Shown piece by piece: positions 29,888 through 39,450 of a DNA stretch of 64,000 nucleotides. The position numbers and the translations under genes are program-made. Position 1 is the first letter of the stretch. Each line of letters opens with the position of its first letter. The stretch is from positions 5,312,001 through 5,376,000 of the forward strand of contig OY760175.1 in assembly GCA_963663165.1 (NCBI GenBank). The letters run 5' to 3'. The notes beneath the pieces were generated by a model. That model did not search any database. It was not told the origin of the DNA and saw only the letters and a program-made list of their open reading frames with translations. This stretch comes from an uncultured Desulfospira sp. (lineage in GTDB: Bacteria > Desulfobacterota > Desulfobacteria > Desulfobacterales > Desulfobacteraceae).

Positions 29888-32293
29888 GTGCCGGTATTTC
29901 CTGAGATCATGATTCTGCCTTCCATGACATGTCCGGCCTCTTGCGCCTATTGTTTCGGACCCCATGACGGACCGATAGCATCCCGGGACGTGATGGACCG
30001 GATTCTGGATTGGATTGCCTTTCTTCCCGAGATTCCGGCGGACCGGCCCGTCCGGGTTACCCTGCACGGGGGCGAACCCCTAACCCTGGGACGGCCTGCC
30101 CTTGAGTATATGTTTCAGGGCCTGTCGGACCGGCTGGGCGGGCCTCACCGGGTGGCGTGGGCCCTTCAAAGCAACCTGTGGGCCATGGACAGAACCATGG
30201 CGGGCCTTATGGCTGATTTTCACGTCCGGGTGGGCACCAGTCTGGACGGGCCTCAAGACATCACCGATGCCCAGCGGGGCAGGGGATATTTTGCAAGGAC
30301 CCGGGCGGGGATGGAATGCCTGATGTCCCAGGGCATTAAGGCGGCCTGCATTGCCACGGTGACCTCCCAAAGCGGTTCCCGCCGTCAGGAGATCTTGGAT
30401 TTTTTTATTGAAGATGAAACGGATTTCTCCGTTCATCCCGCCATTCAGGGTTTAGGGAAAACTCATGGTTACGGGCTTTCCCCGGATCAATACGGCGGGT
30501 TGCTCTGCGGCCTGCTGGACGACTATTTGCCCTTTCGCCACCGGATCCGGATTCCCACCCTGGACCGGCTGTGCCGGGCTGTGGCCTTTCAAAAGCCTTT
30601 GGAGTGTACCTTTCGTCCCTGCCTGGGACTGTTTCTGGTGGTGGACCCCATGGGATATATTTATTCATGCCAGCGGTTTGCCGGCCACAGGGAATACGCT
30701 CTTGGCCATGTCAGCCAAAATCCGGATGTGCCCGCGCTCTTGGACAGTCCGGTGGCCCGCTGGCTGAATCAATGGCAGCAGGACCGTGAATCCGGCTGCC
30801 GTGGCTGCCCGGATCTGAACATCTGCAATGGCGGCTGTCCCTATCAGGCCGTGAGCCCTAACCCGGCGTCACCATTGGCAGACCCCTATTGCCGGGCGTA
30901 TCAGCAGATATTTTCCCATATCCGCCAAAAACTGTCCCAAGAGATTGCATCGGATGAAAATATCCAGGCCATGACTGAAATCCCGTGGAACGGGCAGGGC
31001 AATCCCCTGTTTTCCCGGGGGCCGGTCATCGACCTGGTCAGAAGCCAAAGCCATCCCAAAACATGGGTCCAAAACAGCCGCACCATTCTTCGGGCCCACC
31101 GGCTGGGCTGTCACGAAACCATTTCGGCGGCAGCCAGTGCCCTGGTCGCTGAAGGGATTGACGCAACCCCTCAGCAGTCCGAAGACCGGCTGAACCAAAT
31201 GCTCACCCAGATGCGCAAACCAGGGCGGAATACCCTTTATCTGCACATTACATGGCGGTGCGGCCTGGCCTGCAACCATTGCTACGCCCAAGGGCCTGGA
31301 AAAACAAATGGACTGGACATGGCCGTGGCAGACCTGGAAGAGGCGGCGGTATCCGCAGCGGGCCTGGGCTTCCGCCAGGTCGTCCTGACCGGAGGGGAAC
31401 CCTCGGACCACCCGTTCTGGAACAGGATTCTTAAACAGTTGACCCATATCCGGCGAACCTGTCCCCATGTCAAGTGGGCACTGCGGACCCACCTGGCCGG
31501 CGACCTGACGTTGGGGGACATGGCCCTCATGGCCGCAGCCTTTGATAAGATTGTGGTCAGCCTTGACGGGGATCAGGCCGTTCATGACGCCCGCCGGGGG
31601 CCGGGCGCTTACCAGCGAACCGTGAACCATATCCGGCAGTATCAGGAACAATATGGTCCGGACAGCCCCGGCTGCCTGGCTGTCGGCACACAGGCCCGCC
31701 TGGAACTTGCCTGCACCCAGACCCCGGAGAGCCTGATGGGAGATCCCGGCCGGCATGTGGCATCCCTTGCCCGTCACATGGGAATCCAAAAGACGAGGAT
31801 GCGCCCCGTACTGCCCTTGGGCCGGGCATCCGGCACAGGCCTGGCGCTTTCGCCCATCCGGGGAATTGCCCTGGATGATCCTGAACGTGTGCTGGTGCGC
31901 GGCCTTGAACCGGTCTTAACCTGCGGCCTGGGCCAGAACCTGTCCGTGGACCCGGACGGGACGGTATTTCCCTGCCATGCGGCCCGGTCCGAAGCGTATC
32001 TTCTGGGAAACCTTTTTTCCGGGTCCATGGATATGGAACAGATCCTTGGTGGTTTAGGAAATCAGTTTGCCTGGCCTGATGTGGTGGATGGTTTCGGGCT
32101 GTGCCGACCTTGCGAGTTCCGGTACCTGTGCGGCGGCATGTGCCTGGCCTGGCATGATCTTCTGCCGGCTCCCTTTGAGCCTGAAATTCACTGCAGAAAG
32201 CAGTACGGTTTTTTCAAGCGCCTGACAGGGCAGGCCCGAGCCTGTCTGGAAGCGCATCATCTTCTAAAGACAACAAGTGAAAGGGGTTTCTGA
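29888..32293 (+). CDS. Tandem (double) radical SAM/SPASM protein
   Basis: Two CxxxCxxC motifs (CPASCAYC, CGLACNHC), each with GGEP and SLDG and its own SPASM Cys array (CRGC..ICNGGC; CRPC..LCGGMC). GTG start. Confidence 0.9.
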   Translation: MPVFPEIMILPSMTCPASCAYCFGPHDGPIASRDVMDRILDWIAFLPEIPADRPVRVTLHGGEPLTLGRPALEYMFQGLSDRLGGPHRVAWALQSNLWAMDRTMAGLMADFHVRVGTSLDGPQDITDAQRGRGYFARTRAGMECLMSQGIKAACIATVTSQSGSRRQEILDFFIEDETDFSVHPAIQGLGKTHGYGLSPDQYGGLLCGLLDDYLPFRHRIRIPTLDRLCRAVAFQKPLECTFRPCLGLFLVVDPMGYIYSCQRFAGHREYALGHVSQNPDVPALLDSPVARWLNQWQQDRESGCRGCPDLNICNGGCPYQAVSPNPASPLADPYCRAYQQIFSHIRQKLSQEIASDENIQAMTEIPWNGQGNPLFSRGPVIDLVRSQSHPKTWVQNSRTILRAHRLGCHETISAAASALVAEGIDATPQQSEDRLNQMLTQMRKPGRNTLYLHITWRCGLACNHCYAQGPGKTNGLDMAVADLEEAAVSAAGLGFRQVVLTGGEPSDHPFWNRILKQLTHIRRTCPHVKWALRTHLAGDLTLGDMALMAAAFDKIVVSLDGDQAVHDARRGPGAYQRTVNHIRQYQEQYGPDSPGCLAVGTQARLELACTQTPESLMGDPGRHVASLARHMGIQKTRMRPVLPLGRASGTGLALSPIRGIALDDPERVLVRGLEPVLTCGLGQNLSVDPDGTVFPCHAARSEAYLLGNLFSGSMDMEQILGGLGNQFAWPDVVDGFGLCRPCEFRYLCGGMCLAWHDLLPAPFEPEIHCRKQYGFFKRLTGQARACLEAHHLLKTTSERGF

Positions 32294-34290
32294 TGTGGCC
32301 TCATGAAATGCTGATGTTCTCAAAGTGGTATGTCCTGGCGGGCAGCCTTGCGGTGGGCCTGGCCTTATATGTTGTGGCTGACGGTGTTCTTTATTATGCC
32401 CGCTGGCGGGTCCTGACAAACGGATATCTGGCGGCCTGTTGTTTTTTGACCGGGCTTTTGTGTATGGCGCTGATAGTGTTTATAAACTTCGGTACGCCGT
32501 TAAAACAGATCCTGCTTTATCTTTTTTATGGGACGGTTCTGGTGTATCCGGTTTTTCTGTCCATGGCCGCAGCGGTTCGATGGGCCCTGAGGTTAAAGCC
32601 TGACGGCGATATCATCAATAACCAGTTGAATGAGGCCCTCCGGGAGAATTCAGACTATGTTTTTACAGTTTTAAAAAAGATTGTTCCAGGTATCCATATG
32701 CCCGATAAATTAGGGCTTGTCAGGGCCCTTTGCCATGATAACCCTGAAATAAGGCAAAGTGCCGTGAATGCCGCTCTGGCTGCCGGAATGAACCAGGATA
32801 TAGAAAAGGCCGTTCAGGGCGACACCGGTGATTTTGAGCGGCTGGGTGATTTGGGGGATGAAGATTTTCTTTACCGGCTGATGCCCGTTGCCGCCAAAGA
32901 CAACAAAGAAGCCATGGCCGCGGCCAGGGGGCTCCTTGCCATGGCCCAAAAGAACGGCATATCACCGGATATGGCATATGTTCTGCTCAAAATCCTTCAG
33001 GACGGTCCGTCGGGTAAAACAACGGAATTCATCCTGAACCGGCTGCTTGAGAACGAGTATGGGGGCGTAATTTATGAAAAACTGCTTCAGGATCAGGATA
33101 AAAAAATCCAGAACCTGGCGGCCCAATTTTATTTTGAGGCTCTAAAAAAAGGTTCCATGCCCGCCCACAGTTCCTGGCGTAAAGCCGACAAAATATTCCT
33201 TAACCGCCATGCCAGGGGTCTCACTGAACTTATGTGTTCCCACAAACCCAATGATCAGAGGAGCGCACTTAACATATGCAGCTTGTTGGGCGTATCCATC
33301 CCGTCGCTTCAAACCGGGAAAAGAGCCGGTGATTATTTTGTACAATTGGGCCGGTCTGAGCAGCCCTGGATTCTGGAACAGTTAATTCGCAATGCCCGGT
33401 CTAAAAAAATTGAAATTGCCCTGCCCGCCGTCAGGGGGTTGGCCGCCATGGTGGAAACAGGCCGGATTCCCGCCGGATTGCAACCCTCGCTAAAGTCCGG
33501 CCGGATCAGGACGTCTGCGCCTGAACAGGCAAACACCCTTGATGCGCCGCCGCCGGAGTTTTTACCGGTAACCGGCGAGGTGTTAAGTTTGCTCTATGAA
33601 AAGATTAAACCGTCCCTGGAGAGGGGCTTGTGCCACCCGGACGGTCAAATACGGCAGGAAGCGGCCCGTCTGGCCGTGGTCTTTGGCATGGACCCGGCCA
33701 TTACCGCCGCAGTCCGGGGGGATCTTAACGATTTTGAGCGGTTGGGAGAATCCGTGGGCGGGGAATTCCTGCTTGATCCTTTGCTCAACATCGCTCTGGA
33801 AGAAAGTCAAGCCAGTGAGCCTGCGGCAAGAGGATTGGCAGGGCTGTACCACCGCTTAAACATTTCCCAGGAATATCTTAAAAAAATGATTCTGCAGGGC
33901 AGGGCCCCGGTGCCGGATATTGCCATCGAAGCACTGGCCAAAAAAGGGGATGCCGGTGCCGGGATTCTGCTGGGTTTGCTGAAATCGAACGACGTTGGCC
34001 TGAGGAAAAAGGCGGCAAAGGCCCTGGTGGCCTGCGCACAGAAAGCTGAAAACGGATTTGGCGACCACTGGTGGACCATGAAAAACCTCATTACTGCCCC
34101 CCACACGGATACCACCGGCAGTCACCAGGACGGGTACCATTGTGATTATGACCGCGGCTGCACCATATACGGGTGTGATCCCCATACGGATATGATGGTT
34201 AAAGACAGGGATGGTTACCGGGTCCACCGCATGAATCGGACCACCCCTCATTCAGATAATATGGGGATTGGATTAAAGTTTGATCCATAG
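32293..34290 (+). CDS. Membrane-anchored HEAT-repeat protein with C-terminal His-x-Asp repeat tail
   Basis: About three N-terminal TM segments, HEAT-like units (LLKSNDVGLRKKAAKALV), an internal duplication, and five HxD motifs. TGATG coupling to the rSAM gene. Confidence 0.8.
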   Translation: MWPHEMLMFSKWYVLAGSLAVGLALYVVADGVLYYARWRVLTNGYLAACCFLTGLLCMALIVFINFGTPLKQILLYLFYGTVLVYPVFLSMAAAVRWALRLKPDGDIINNQLNEALRENSDYVFTVLKKIVPGIHMPDKLGLVRALCHDNPEIRQSAVNAALAAGMNQDIEKAVQGDTGDFERLGDLGDEDFLYRLMPVAAKDNKEAMAAARGLLAMAQKNGISPDMAYVLLKILQDGPSGKTTEFILNRLLENEYGGVIYEKLLQDQDKKIQNLAAQFYFEALKKGSMPAHSSWRKADKIFLNRHARGLTELMCSHKPNDQRSALNICSLLGVSIPSLQTGKRAGDYFVQLGRSEQPWILEQLIRNARSKKIEIALPAVRGLAAMVETGRIPAGLQPSLKSGRIRTSAPEQANTLDAPPPEFLPVTGEVLSLLYEKIKPSLERGLCHPDGQIRQEAARLAVVFGMDPAITAAVRGDLNDFERLGESVGGEFLLDPLLNIALEESQASEPAARGLAGLYHRLNISQEYLKKMILQGRAPVPDIAIEALAKKGDAGAGILLGLLKSNDVGLRKKAAKALVACAQKAENGFGDHWWTMKNLITAPHTDTTGSHQDGYHCDYDRGCTIYGCDPHTDMMVKDRDGYRVHRMNRTTPHSDNMGIGLKFDP

Positions 34291-34504
34291 TCGGGAAACT
34301 TTTTTATATTAGGGAAACAGATTCAATCTGCTAATGTTTTTACGAAAAGAAAAGGTTTGACAAAACAATGCCAGGGCAATGGGGTCCGGCCCCTATTAAC
34401 CGGCAAAACAATTGAAATTCGGGGTGTTCAAAAAGGCTTGACAGGGCACCACAAGTCCTTTAGTTAATGAGCATCTTGCGATAAACAGATGCTTAGAGGA
34501 TAAT

Positions 34505-34591
34505 ATGTTTTTTCGGTATGATTACTTTTTTATATTTACCTGCTTTGGCAGCTTCTTTTTTACCAGGTCTGCCCAGGGAGAGTTAATGTAA
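34505..34591 (+). CDS. Phe-rich leader peptide (MFFRYDYFFIFTCFGSFFFTRSAQGELM)
   Basis: AGAGGA RBS, 9 Phe and 2 Tyr in 28 codons, followed by antiterminator/terminator. Confidence 0.8.
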   Translation: MFFRYDYFFIFTCFGSFFFTRSAQGELM

Positions 34592-34617
34592 CATATCGAA
34601 AAGATAAGGGTGAACTC

Positions 34618-34667
34618 AAACCATGGGCAGACGGAAAAGCCGGCTGATCCATGGTTTTTTTATTTTT
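34618..34667 (+). terminator. Attenuator terminator upstream of the ABC operon
   Basis: AAACCATGGGCAGACGG-aaaag-CCGGCTGATCCATGGTTT followed by a T-run. The 5' arm TGGGCAGAC can alternatively pair with GTCTGCCCA (34567-34575). Confidence 0.8.
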
Positions 34668-34737
34668 AGGGGCTTTGGACAGCGGATTAAAAAACAGCCC
34701 GTGACATTTTAAACTTTATTTAAAAGGAGTAAAAACA

Positions 34738-35883
34738 ATGGCAATGAAAAAGATCTTAACCCTGCTGCTGACAATCAGTTTGTGCCTTACCCCCCTTACC
34801 GGGCTGATGGCCAAGACCGTGTACAAGGTGGGCGGCATTTTTTCATCCACGGGCCGGGCCTCTTTTCTGGGTGATCCGGAGATGAAAACCATGGAGATGC
34901 TGGTGGATAAGATCAACGCGGCCGGCGGCATTGACGGGGCCATGCTTGAGGCCGTGATCTATGATTCCGAGGGCGATCCGGCAAAAGCGGTGTCAGCGGT
35001 GAACAAACTGATCCATAAAGACAAGGTCCTGGCCATTATCGGGCCATCCACCACCCCGACCTCCATGGCCATTATCAATTTTGTAGAACGGGCCAAAATT
35101 CCGCTGATTTCCTGCGCTGCCGGGGTGAACATCACCACCCCGATCAAACCCTATGTGTTCAAGACCGCTCAGAGCGATCTTCTGGCCGTGGCCGCCGTTT
35201 ACCAGCACATGCAGAAACAGGGGATCAAAAAGATCGGAATCATCTCTGTGGCCAACTCTTTCGGGGAAAGCGGCCGGGATCAGCTGCTGAATCAGGCCAA
35301 GGATTTCGGCCTTGAGGTGGTCCAGGCTGAAAGTTTCGGGGCCAAGGATACGGATACCACAGCCCAGTTGACCAAAATCAAGTCCAAATCCCCGGATGCC
35401 ATTGTCTGCTGGGGAACCAACCCGGGACCGGCCGTGGTGGCCAAGAACGTTAAGCAGCTTAAAATCGATATCCCCCTTTACCAGAGCCACGGGGTGGGGT
35501 CTCCCAAGTTTATAGAGCTTGCCGGAGATGCGGCTGAAGGCATTATCCTGCCCACGGGCAAAATTCTGGTCACTGATCTGCTGGACCCTGCCGATCCCCA
35601 GAAAAGGATTCTGGAAGATTACCGGGCCGATTATACGGCAGCTTATAAAGGCAATGTTTCCGGGTTTGGCGGGTATGCCTTTGATGCGGTGAATCTTCTT
35701 GCCGGAGCCCTTAAAGGGACCGGGGGAGACAAGGAAAAAATTCGTGCAAACCTTGAAGCCACCCAAAATCATATCGGTGCAACCGGCGAGTTTAATTTTT
35801 CAGATCAAGATCATAACGGGCTTTCCCCGAGTGCCTTTGTTATGGTAGAAATCAAAAACGGAACATGGAAATTAATTAAATAG
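34738..35883 (+). CDS. ABC transporter substrate-binding protein (LivK/HAAT family)
   Basis: Signal peptide, INAAGGIDG, YDSEGDP, IIGPSTT. Confidence 0.92.
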   Translation: MAMKKILTLLLTISLCLTPLTGLMAKTVYKVGGIFSSTGRASFLGDPEMKTMEMLVDKINAAGGIDGAMLEAVIYDSEGDPAKAVSAVNKLIHKDKVLAIIGPSTTPTSMAIINFVERAKIPLISCAAGVNITTPIKPYVFKTAQSDLLAVAAVYQHMQKQGIKKIGIISVANSFGESGRDQLLNQAKDFGLEVVQAESFGAKDTDTTAQLTKIKSKSPDAIVCWGTNPGPAVVAKNVKQLKIDIPLYQSHGVGSPKFIELAGDAAEGIILPTGKILVTDLLDPADPQKRILEDYRADYTAAYKGNVSGFGGYAFDAVNLLAGALKGTGGDKEKIRANLEATQNHIGATGEFNFSDQDHNGLSPSAFVMVEIKNGTWKLIK

Positions 35884-35991
35884 GCTGAAGGTTTTTAGAC
35901 TGAAGGCTGAAGGAGGGGAGACTGACAAAGGATTGGTCTAAATTTCTTCAGCCTGACCGCCTTCAGTCTAAATGCCTAATAAGGAACCTCC

Positions 35992-36867
35992 ATGCAGGAG
36001 CTGATTCAATATCTGTTTTCGGGAATCACCACCGGTGCCATCTATGCCGTGATTGCCGTGGGGCTGTCCATGCTTTACGCGTCCACCGAACTGATCAATT
36101 TTGCCCATGGTGAATTTGTCATGATCGGGGCCATGGCCATGGTGACGCTTTGGGTCCATTTCGGCCTTCCGTTGCCCCTTGCCATGGCAGGGGCCGTGGC
36201 CATGGGCTGCATTATCGGTCTGTTGTTTGAACGGTTTGCCATTCGCACGGCAAAAACCCCGAACCCCATTGTCCTGGTGATCATTACCGTGGGGGCGTCC
36301 ATTTTTCTAAGGGGTGTTGGCATGATTGCCTGGGGGAAAGACCCGTTCAGTGTTCCGCCGTTTTCCAGCCATGAATCCATTGAAATTTTAGGGGCGGCCC
36401 TGCTGCCCCAGAGTATTTATATTGTGGGCGCCGCCCTGATCCTGGCAGCCGGAATCCATTTTTTCCTCAAAAAGAGCCTTACCGGAAAGGCCATGGTGGC
36501 CTGCGCCGTAAACCGGAAAGCCGCCTGGCTGTCAGGAATCCCGTCTGAAACCATGGCCGTGCTGGCATTCGGCATCAGCACAGGCTCCGGGGCCCTGGCC
36601 GGTGTGTTTATAGCCCCCATCACCATGAGTTCCTATGATATGGGCACCATCCTGGGGCTAAAAGGCTTTTGTGCCGCCATGATCGGGGGGCTGGGCAGCC
36701 TGTGGGGGGCCTTTGCCGGCGGACTGTTGCTGGGGGTGCTGGAATCTTTTGGCGCCGGTCTGATTTCATCGGGCCTCAAGGACGCCATAGCCTTTATCCT
36801 GCTGCTGCTGATCCTTTATGTCCGGCCTTCGGGGCTGTTTTCTGCGGGAGAGGCGAAACGGTTTTGA
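35992..36867 (+). CDS. livH: HAAT ABC transporter permease
   Basis: GAIYAVIAVG..INFAHGEF, GGLGS, RPSGL. Confidence 0.9.
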   Translation: MQELIQYLFSGITTGAIYAVIAVGLSMLYASTELINFAHGEFVMIGAMAMVTLWVHFGLPLPLAMAGAVAMGCIIGLLFERFAIRTAKTPNPIVLVIITVGASIFLRGVGMIAWGKDPFSVPPFSSHESIEILGAALLPQSIYIVGAALILAAGIHFFLKKSLTGKAMVACAVNRKAAWLSGIPSETMAVLAFGISTGSGALAGVFIAPITMSSYDMGTILGLKGFCAAMIGGLGSLWGAFAGGLLLGVLESFGAGLISSGLKDAIAFILLLLILYVRPSGLFSAGEAKRF

Positions 36868-36952
36868 GAAAGGATGAGGGCTGAAGGATGAAATTGGCGT
36901 GATTTATGGAATATGGCAGGGGGCTAACGGCTAACAGCTAAAAGCTACAATT

Positions 36953-37924
36953 ATGAATGAGAATGTTAAAAAAAACCGGCTGGAAGTAGTGGCCTTTGTG
37001 GCGGTTGTCTTCGGTTTAGGGCTGTTTGTCAGGAATGACTATTATCTTCAGATCATGACCTTTATCGGCATCAACACCTTGCTGGCACTGGGGTTGAACA
37101 TGCTCATGGGATATGCGGGCCAGGTTTCTTTGGGGCATGCCGCCTTTTACGGTATCGGGGCTTATACCACGGCCATTTTGTCGGCCACTTACGGGGTCTC
37201 GCCCTGGCTTGCCCTGTTCTGTGCCGTGGGCGCGGCCGTGTTCATTGCCTTTGCGGTGGGGCTGCCGACCCTGAAACTGTCCGGCTATTACCTGGGCATG
37301 GGCACCCTTGGCTTTGGCATGATTGTCAACATTGCCTTCCGGGAATGGAGTACGGTTACCGGCGGGGCATCGGGGTTTGTGGGCATTCCCGTGCTGGAGG
37401 CCGGGCCCGTGGCCTTTATGGAGGGGCAGAATTATTTTTTCCTGGTCTGGGGCGTGGTGCTGGTTGCAATTCTTATTTGCCGCCGCATTCTTTCCTCGCG
37501 CATGGGCCGGGGGCTTCGGGCCATCCATGACGGGGAAAACGCGGCCCTGGCCACCGGGGTGAACACCCATTTTTTAAAGCTTGAGATCTTCATGTTCTCT
37601 GCGGCCCTGGCCGCGGTGGCCGGGTTTTTATACGCCCATTTCGTTTTGTTTATCAGCCCTGAATCCTTTGGGTTCATGGTGTCGGTAAAAATTGTGACCA
37701 TGGTGGTCATCGGCGGCATGGCCAGTGTCTGGGGCGCTCTTCTGGGGGCCTGCCTGCTGACGCTGCTGCCGGAGGTTCTCCATGGATTTGCCGAATATGA
37801 AATGGTGGTGTTCGGCCTGATTCTTATGGTGGTCATGATATTTATGCCCCAGGGGTTGACCCGGGGATTTGTGGATATGTTTTTGCGGTACTGGAAAAAA
37901 AGCCATGACACTCTCGGAGCCTAA
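36953..37924 (+). CDS. livM: HAAT ABC transporter permease
   Basis: GYAGQVSLGHAAFYGIGAY, TGGASG, SRMGRGLRAI. Confidence 0.9.
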   Translation: MNENVKKNRLEVVAFVAVVFGLGLFVRNDYYLQIMTFIGINTLLALGLNMLMGYAGQVSLGHAAFYGIGAYTTAILSATYGVSPWLALFCAVGAAVFIAFAVGLPTLKLSGYYLGMGTLGFGMIVNIAFREWSTVTGGASGFVGIPVLEAGPVAFMEGQNYFFLVWGVVLVAILICRRILSSRMGRGLRAIHDGENAALATGVNTHFLKLEIFMFSAALAAVAGFLYAHFVLFISPESFGFMVSVKIVTMVVIGGMASVWGALLGACLLTLLPEVLHGFAEYEMVVFGLILMVVMIFMPQGLTRGFVDMFLRYWKKSHDTLGA

Positions 37925-38699
37925 GGTTGCGGCATCAGAAGACGCCCTGCTGGCGGTGGAAGGTCTGACCAAGCGCTTTGGCGGGGTAACGGCCCAGGAC
38001 AACATCAGTTTTTCCATTGAAAAGGGGATTGTCTGCGGTCTGATCGGCCCCAATGGTGCGGGAAAAACCACCCTGTTCAACATGATCACCGGGATCTACC
38101 GGCCCGATGCCGGCCAGGTGATGTTCAACGGCAAAGATATCCGTAAAAAGGCTGTTCACCAGCGGGTCAGGGAAGGGATTGCCCGGACCTTTCAGCATGT
38201 GGAGCTGTTTTCATCCATGACCTTGCTGGAAAACGTGCTGGTGGGCATGCATGTTAGAACAAAGGCAGGGTTCTGGGGGGCAATCACCCGGCTGCCCCCG
38301 GTTAAAAGAGAAGAACAGGCAGCCGTGAAAAAGGCTGAAGAACTCCTTTGCTTTACCGGTCTTGAAGCCCATGCCTTAAAACCGGCCGGCGACCTTCCCG
38401 TGGGCTTGCAGAAAACCGCCCAGATCGCCCGGGCCCTGGCATCAGATCCGTTACTGCTGTTACTGGATGAGCCGGCCGCAGGCCTTAACGCCGTGGAGAC
38501 TGAACAGCTGGGGCAGTTGATCCGGCGGATCAAGGACAAAGGGGTGACCATGATGCTGGTGGAGCATGACATGAGTCTTGCCATGGGCATTTCAGACAAG
38601 ATCATTGTTCTGGACCGGGGCAAAAAATTGGCCCAGGGTACCCCAAGGCAGATTCAGAACGACGAGGCGGTCATGTCGGCCTACTTGGGCCAGGGTTAA
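37905..38699 (+). CDS. livG: HAAT ABC transporter ATP-binding protein
   Basis: GPNGAGKTT, GIARTFQ, LLLLDEPAAGLN, VEHDM. Confidence 0.9.
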   Translation: MTLSEPKVAASEDALLAVEGLTKRFGGVTAQDNISFSIEKGIVCGLIGPNGAGKTTLFNMITGIYRPDAGQVMFNGKDIRKKAVHQRVREGIARTFQHVELFSSMTLLENVLVGMHVRTKAGFWGAITRLPPVKREEQAAVKKAEELLCFTGLEAHALKPAGDLPVGLQKTAQIARALASDPLLLLLDEPAAGLNAVETEQLGQLIRRIKDKGVTMMLVEHDMSLAMGISDKIIVLDRGKKLAQGTPRQIQNDEAVMSAYLGQG

Positions 38700-38703
38700 G
38701 AAA

Positions 38704-39450
38704 ATGCTGAGAATTAAAAATTTAAAATGCGGTTATAACAAGGTCCTGGCCCTGCACGGGGTGAGCCTGTCGGTCTCCAAAGGGGAGCTGATCTCCATTA
38801 TCGGGGCCAACGGCGCCGGGAAAAGCACGTTGCTTCTGGCCATCTGCGGCCTGCTCAAAGAGTGGTCGGGCAGCATTGTGTTTAAGGAAAATTCCCTTGA
38901 AGGCATGGCCGCACCCGCCATTGTCCGCTCCGGCATCAGCATGGTGCCCGAGGGCCGGCAGATTTTTTCCCCCCTGAGTGTGGCCGACAACTTGAAGCTT
39001 GGGGCCTATACCCGGTATAAGAAAAAAGAAAAAAAACAGATTGAACAGGACATTGACAGGGTCCTTGAGATGTTTCCTATCTTACAGGAGCGGTCAGACC
39101 AGCTGGCCGGCACCCTGTCCGGCGGCGAACAGCAGATGCTGGCCATTGGCAGGGCCCTGATGGCAAAGCCGGACCTGCTGGTGCTGGATGAGCCCTCCAT
39201 GGGGCTGGCCCCTAAGATGGTGGACATGATTTTTGCCACCATTCAGGAATTAAAGGACAAGGGGTCCACCATCCTGCTGGTGGAGCAGAATGCAAGGGCC
39301 GCCCTGAAGATTGCTGACCGGGGCTATGTGCTGGAAACCGGCAAGATCGTCCTTCAGGGCAGTGCCGATGAACTGCTGGTGGATGATGATGTCAAGCGGG
39401 CCTACCTTGGCCGGGACTATGGGGATTTTTATGACGGGAGGGATGAATAA
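38704..39450 (+). CDS. livF: HAAT ABC transporter ATP-binding protein
   Basis: GANGAGKST, VPEGRQIF, LSGGEQQMLAIGRALM, DEPSMGLAP. Confidence 0.92.
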   Translation: MLRIKNLKCGYNKVLALHGVSLSVSKGELISIIGANGAGKSTLLLAICGLLKEWSGSIVFKENSLEGMAAPAIVRSGISMVPEGRQIFSPLSVADNLKLGAYTRYKKKEKKQIEQDIDRVLEMFPILQERSDQLAGTLSGGEQQMLAIGRALMAKPDLLVLDEPSMGLAPKMVDMIFATIQELKDKGSTILLVEQNARAALKIADRGYVLETGKIVLQGSADELLVDDDVKRAYLGRDYGDFYDGRDE

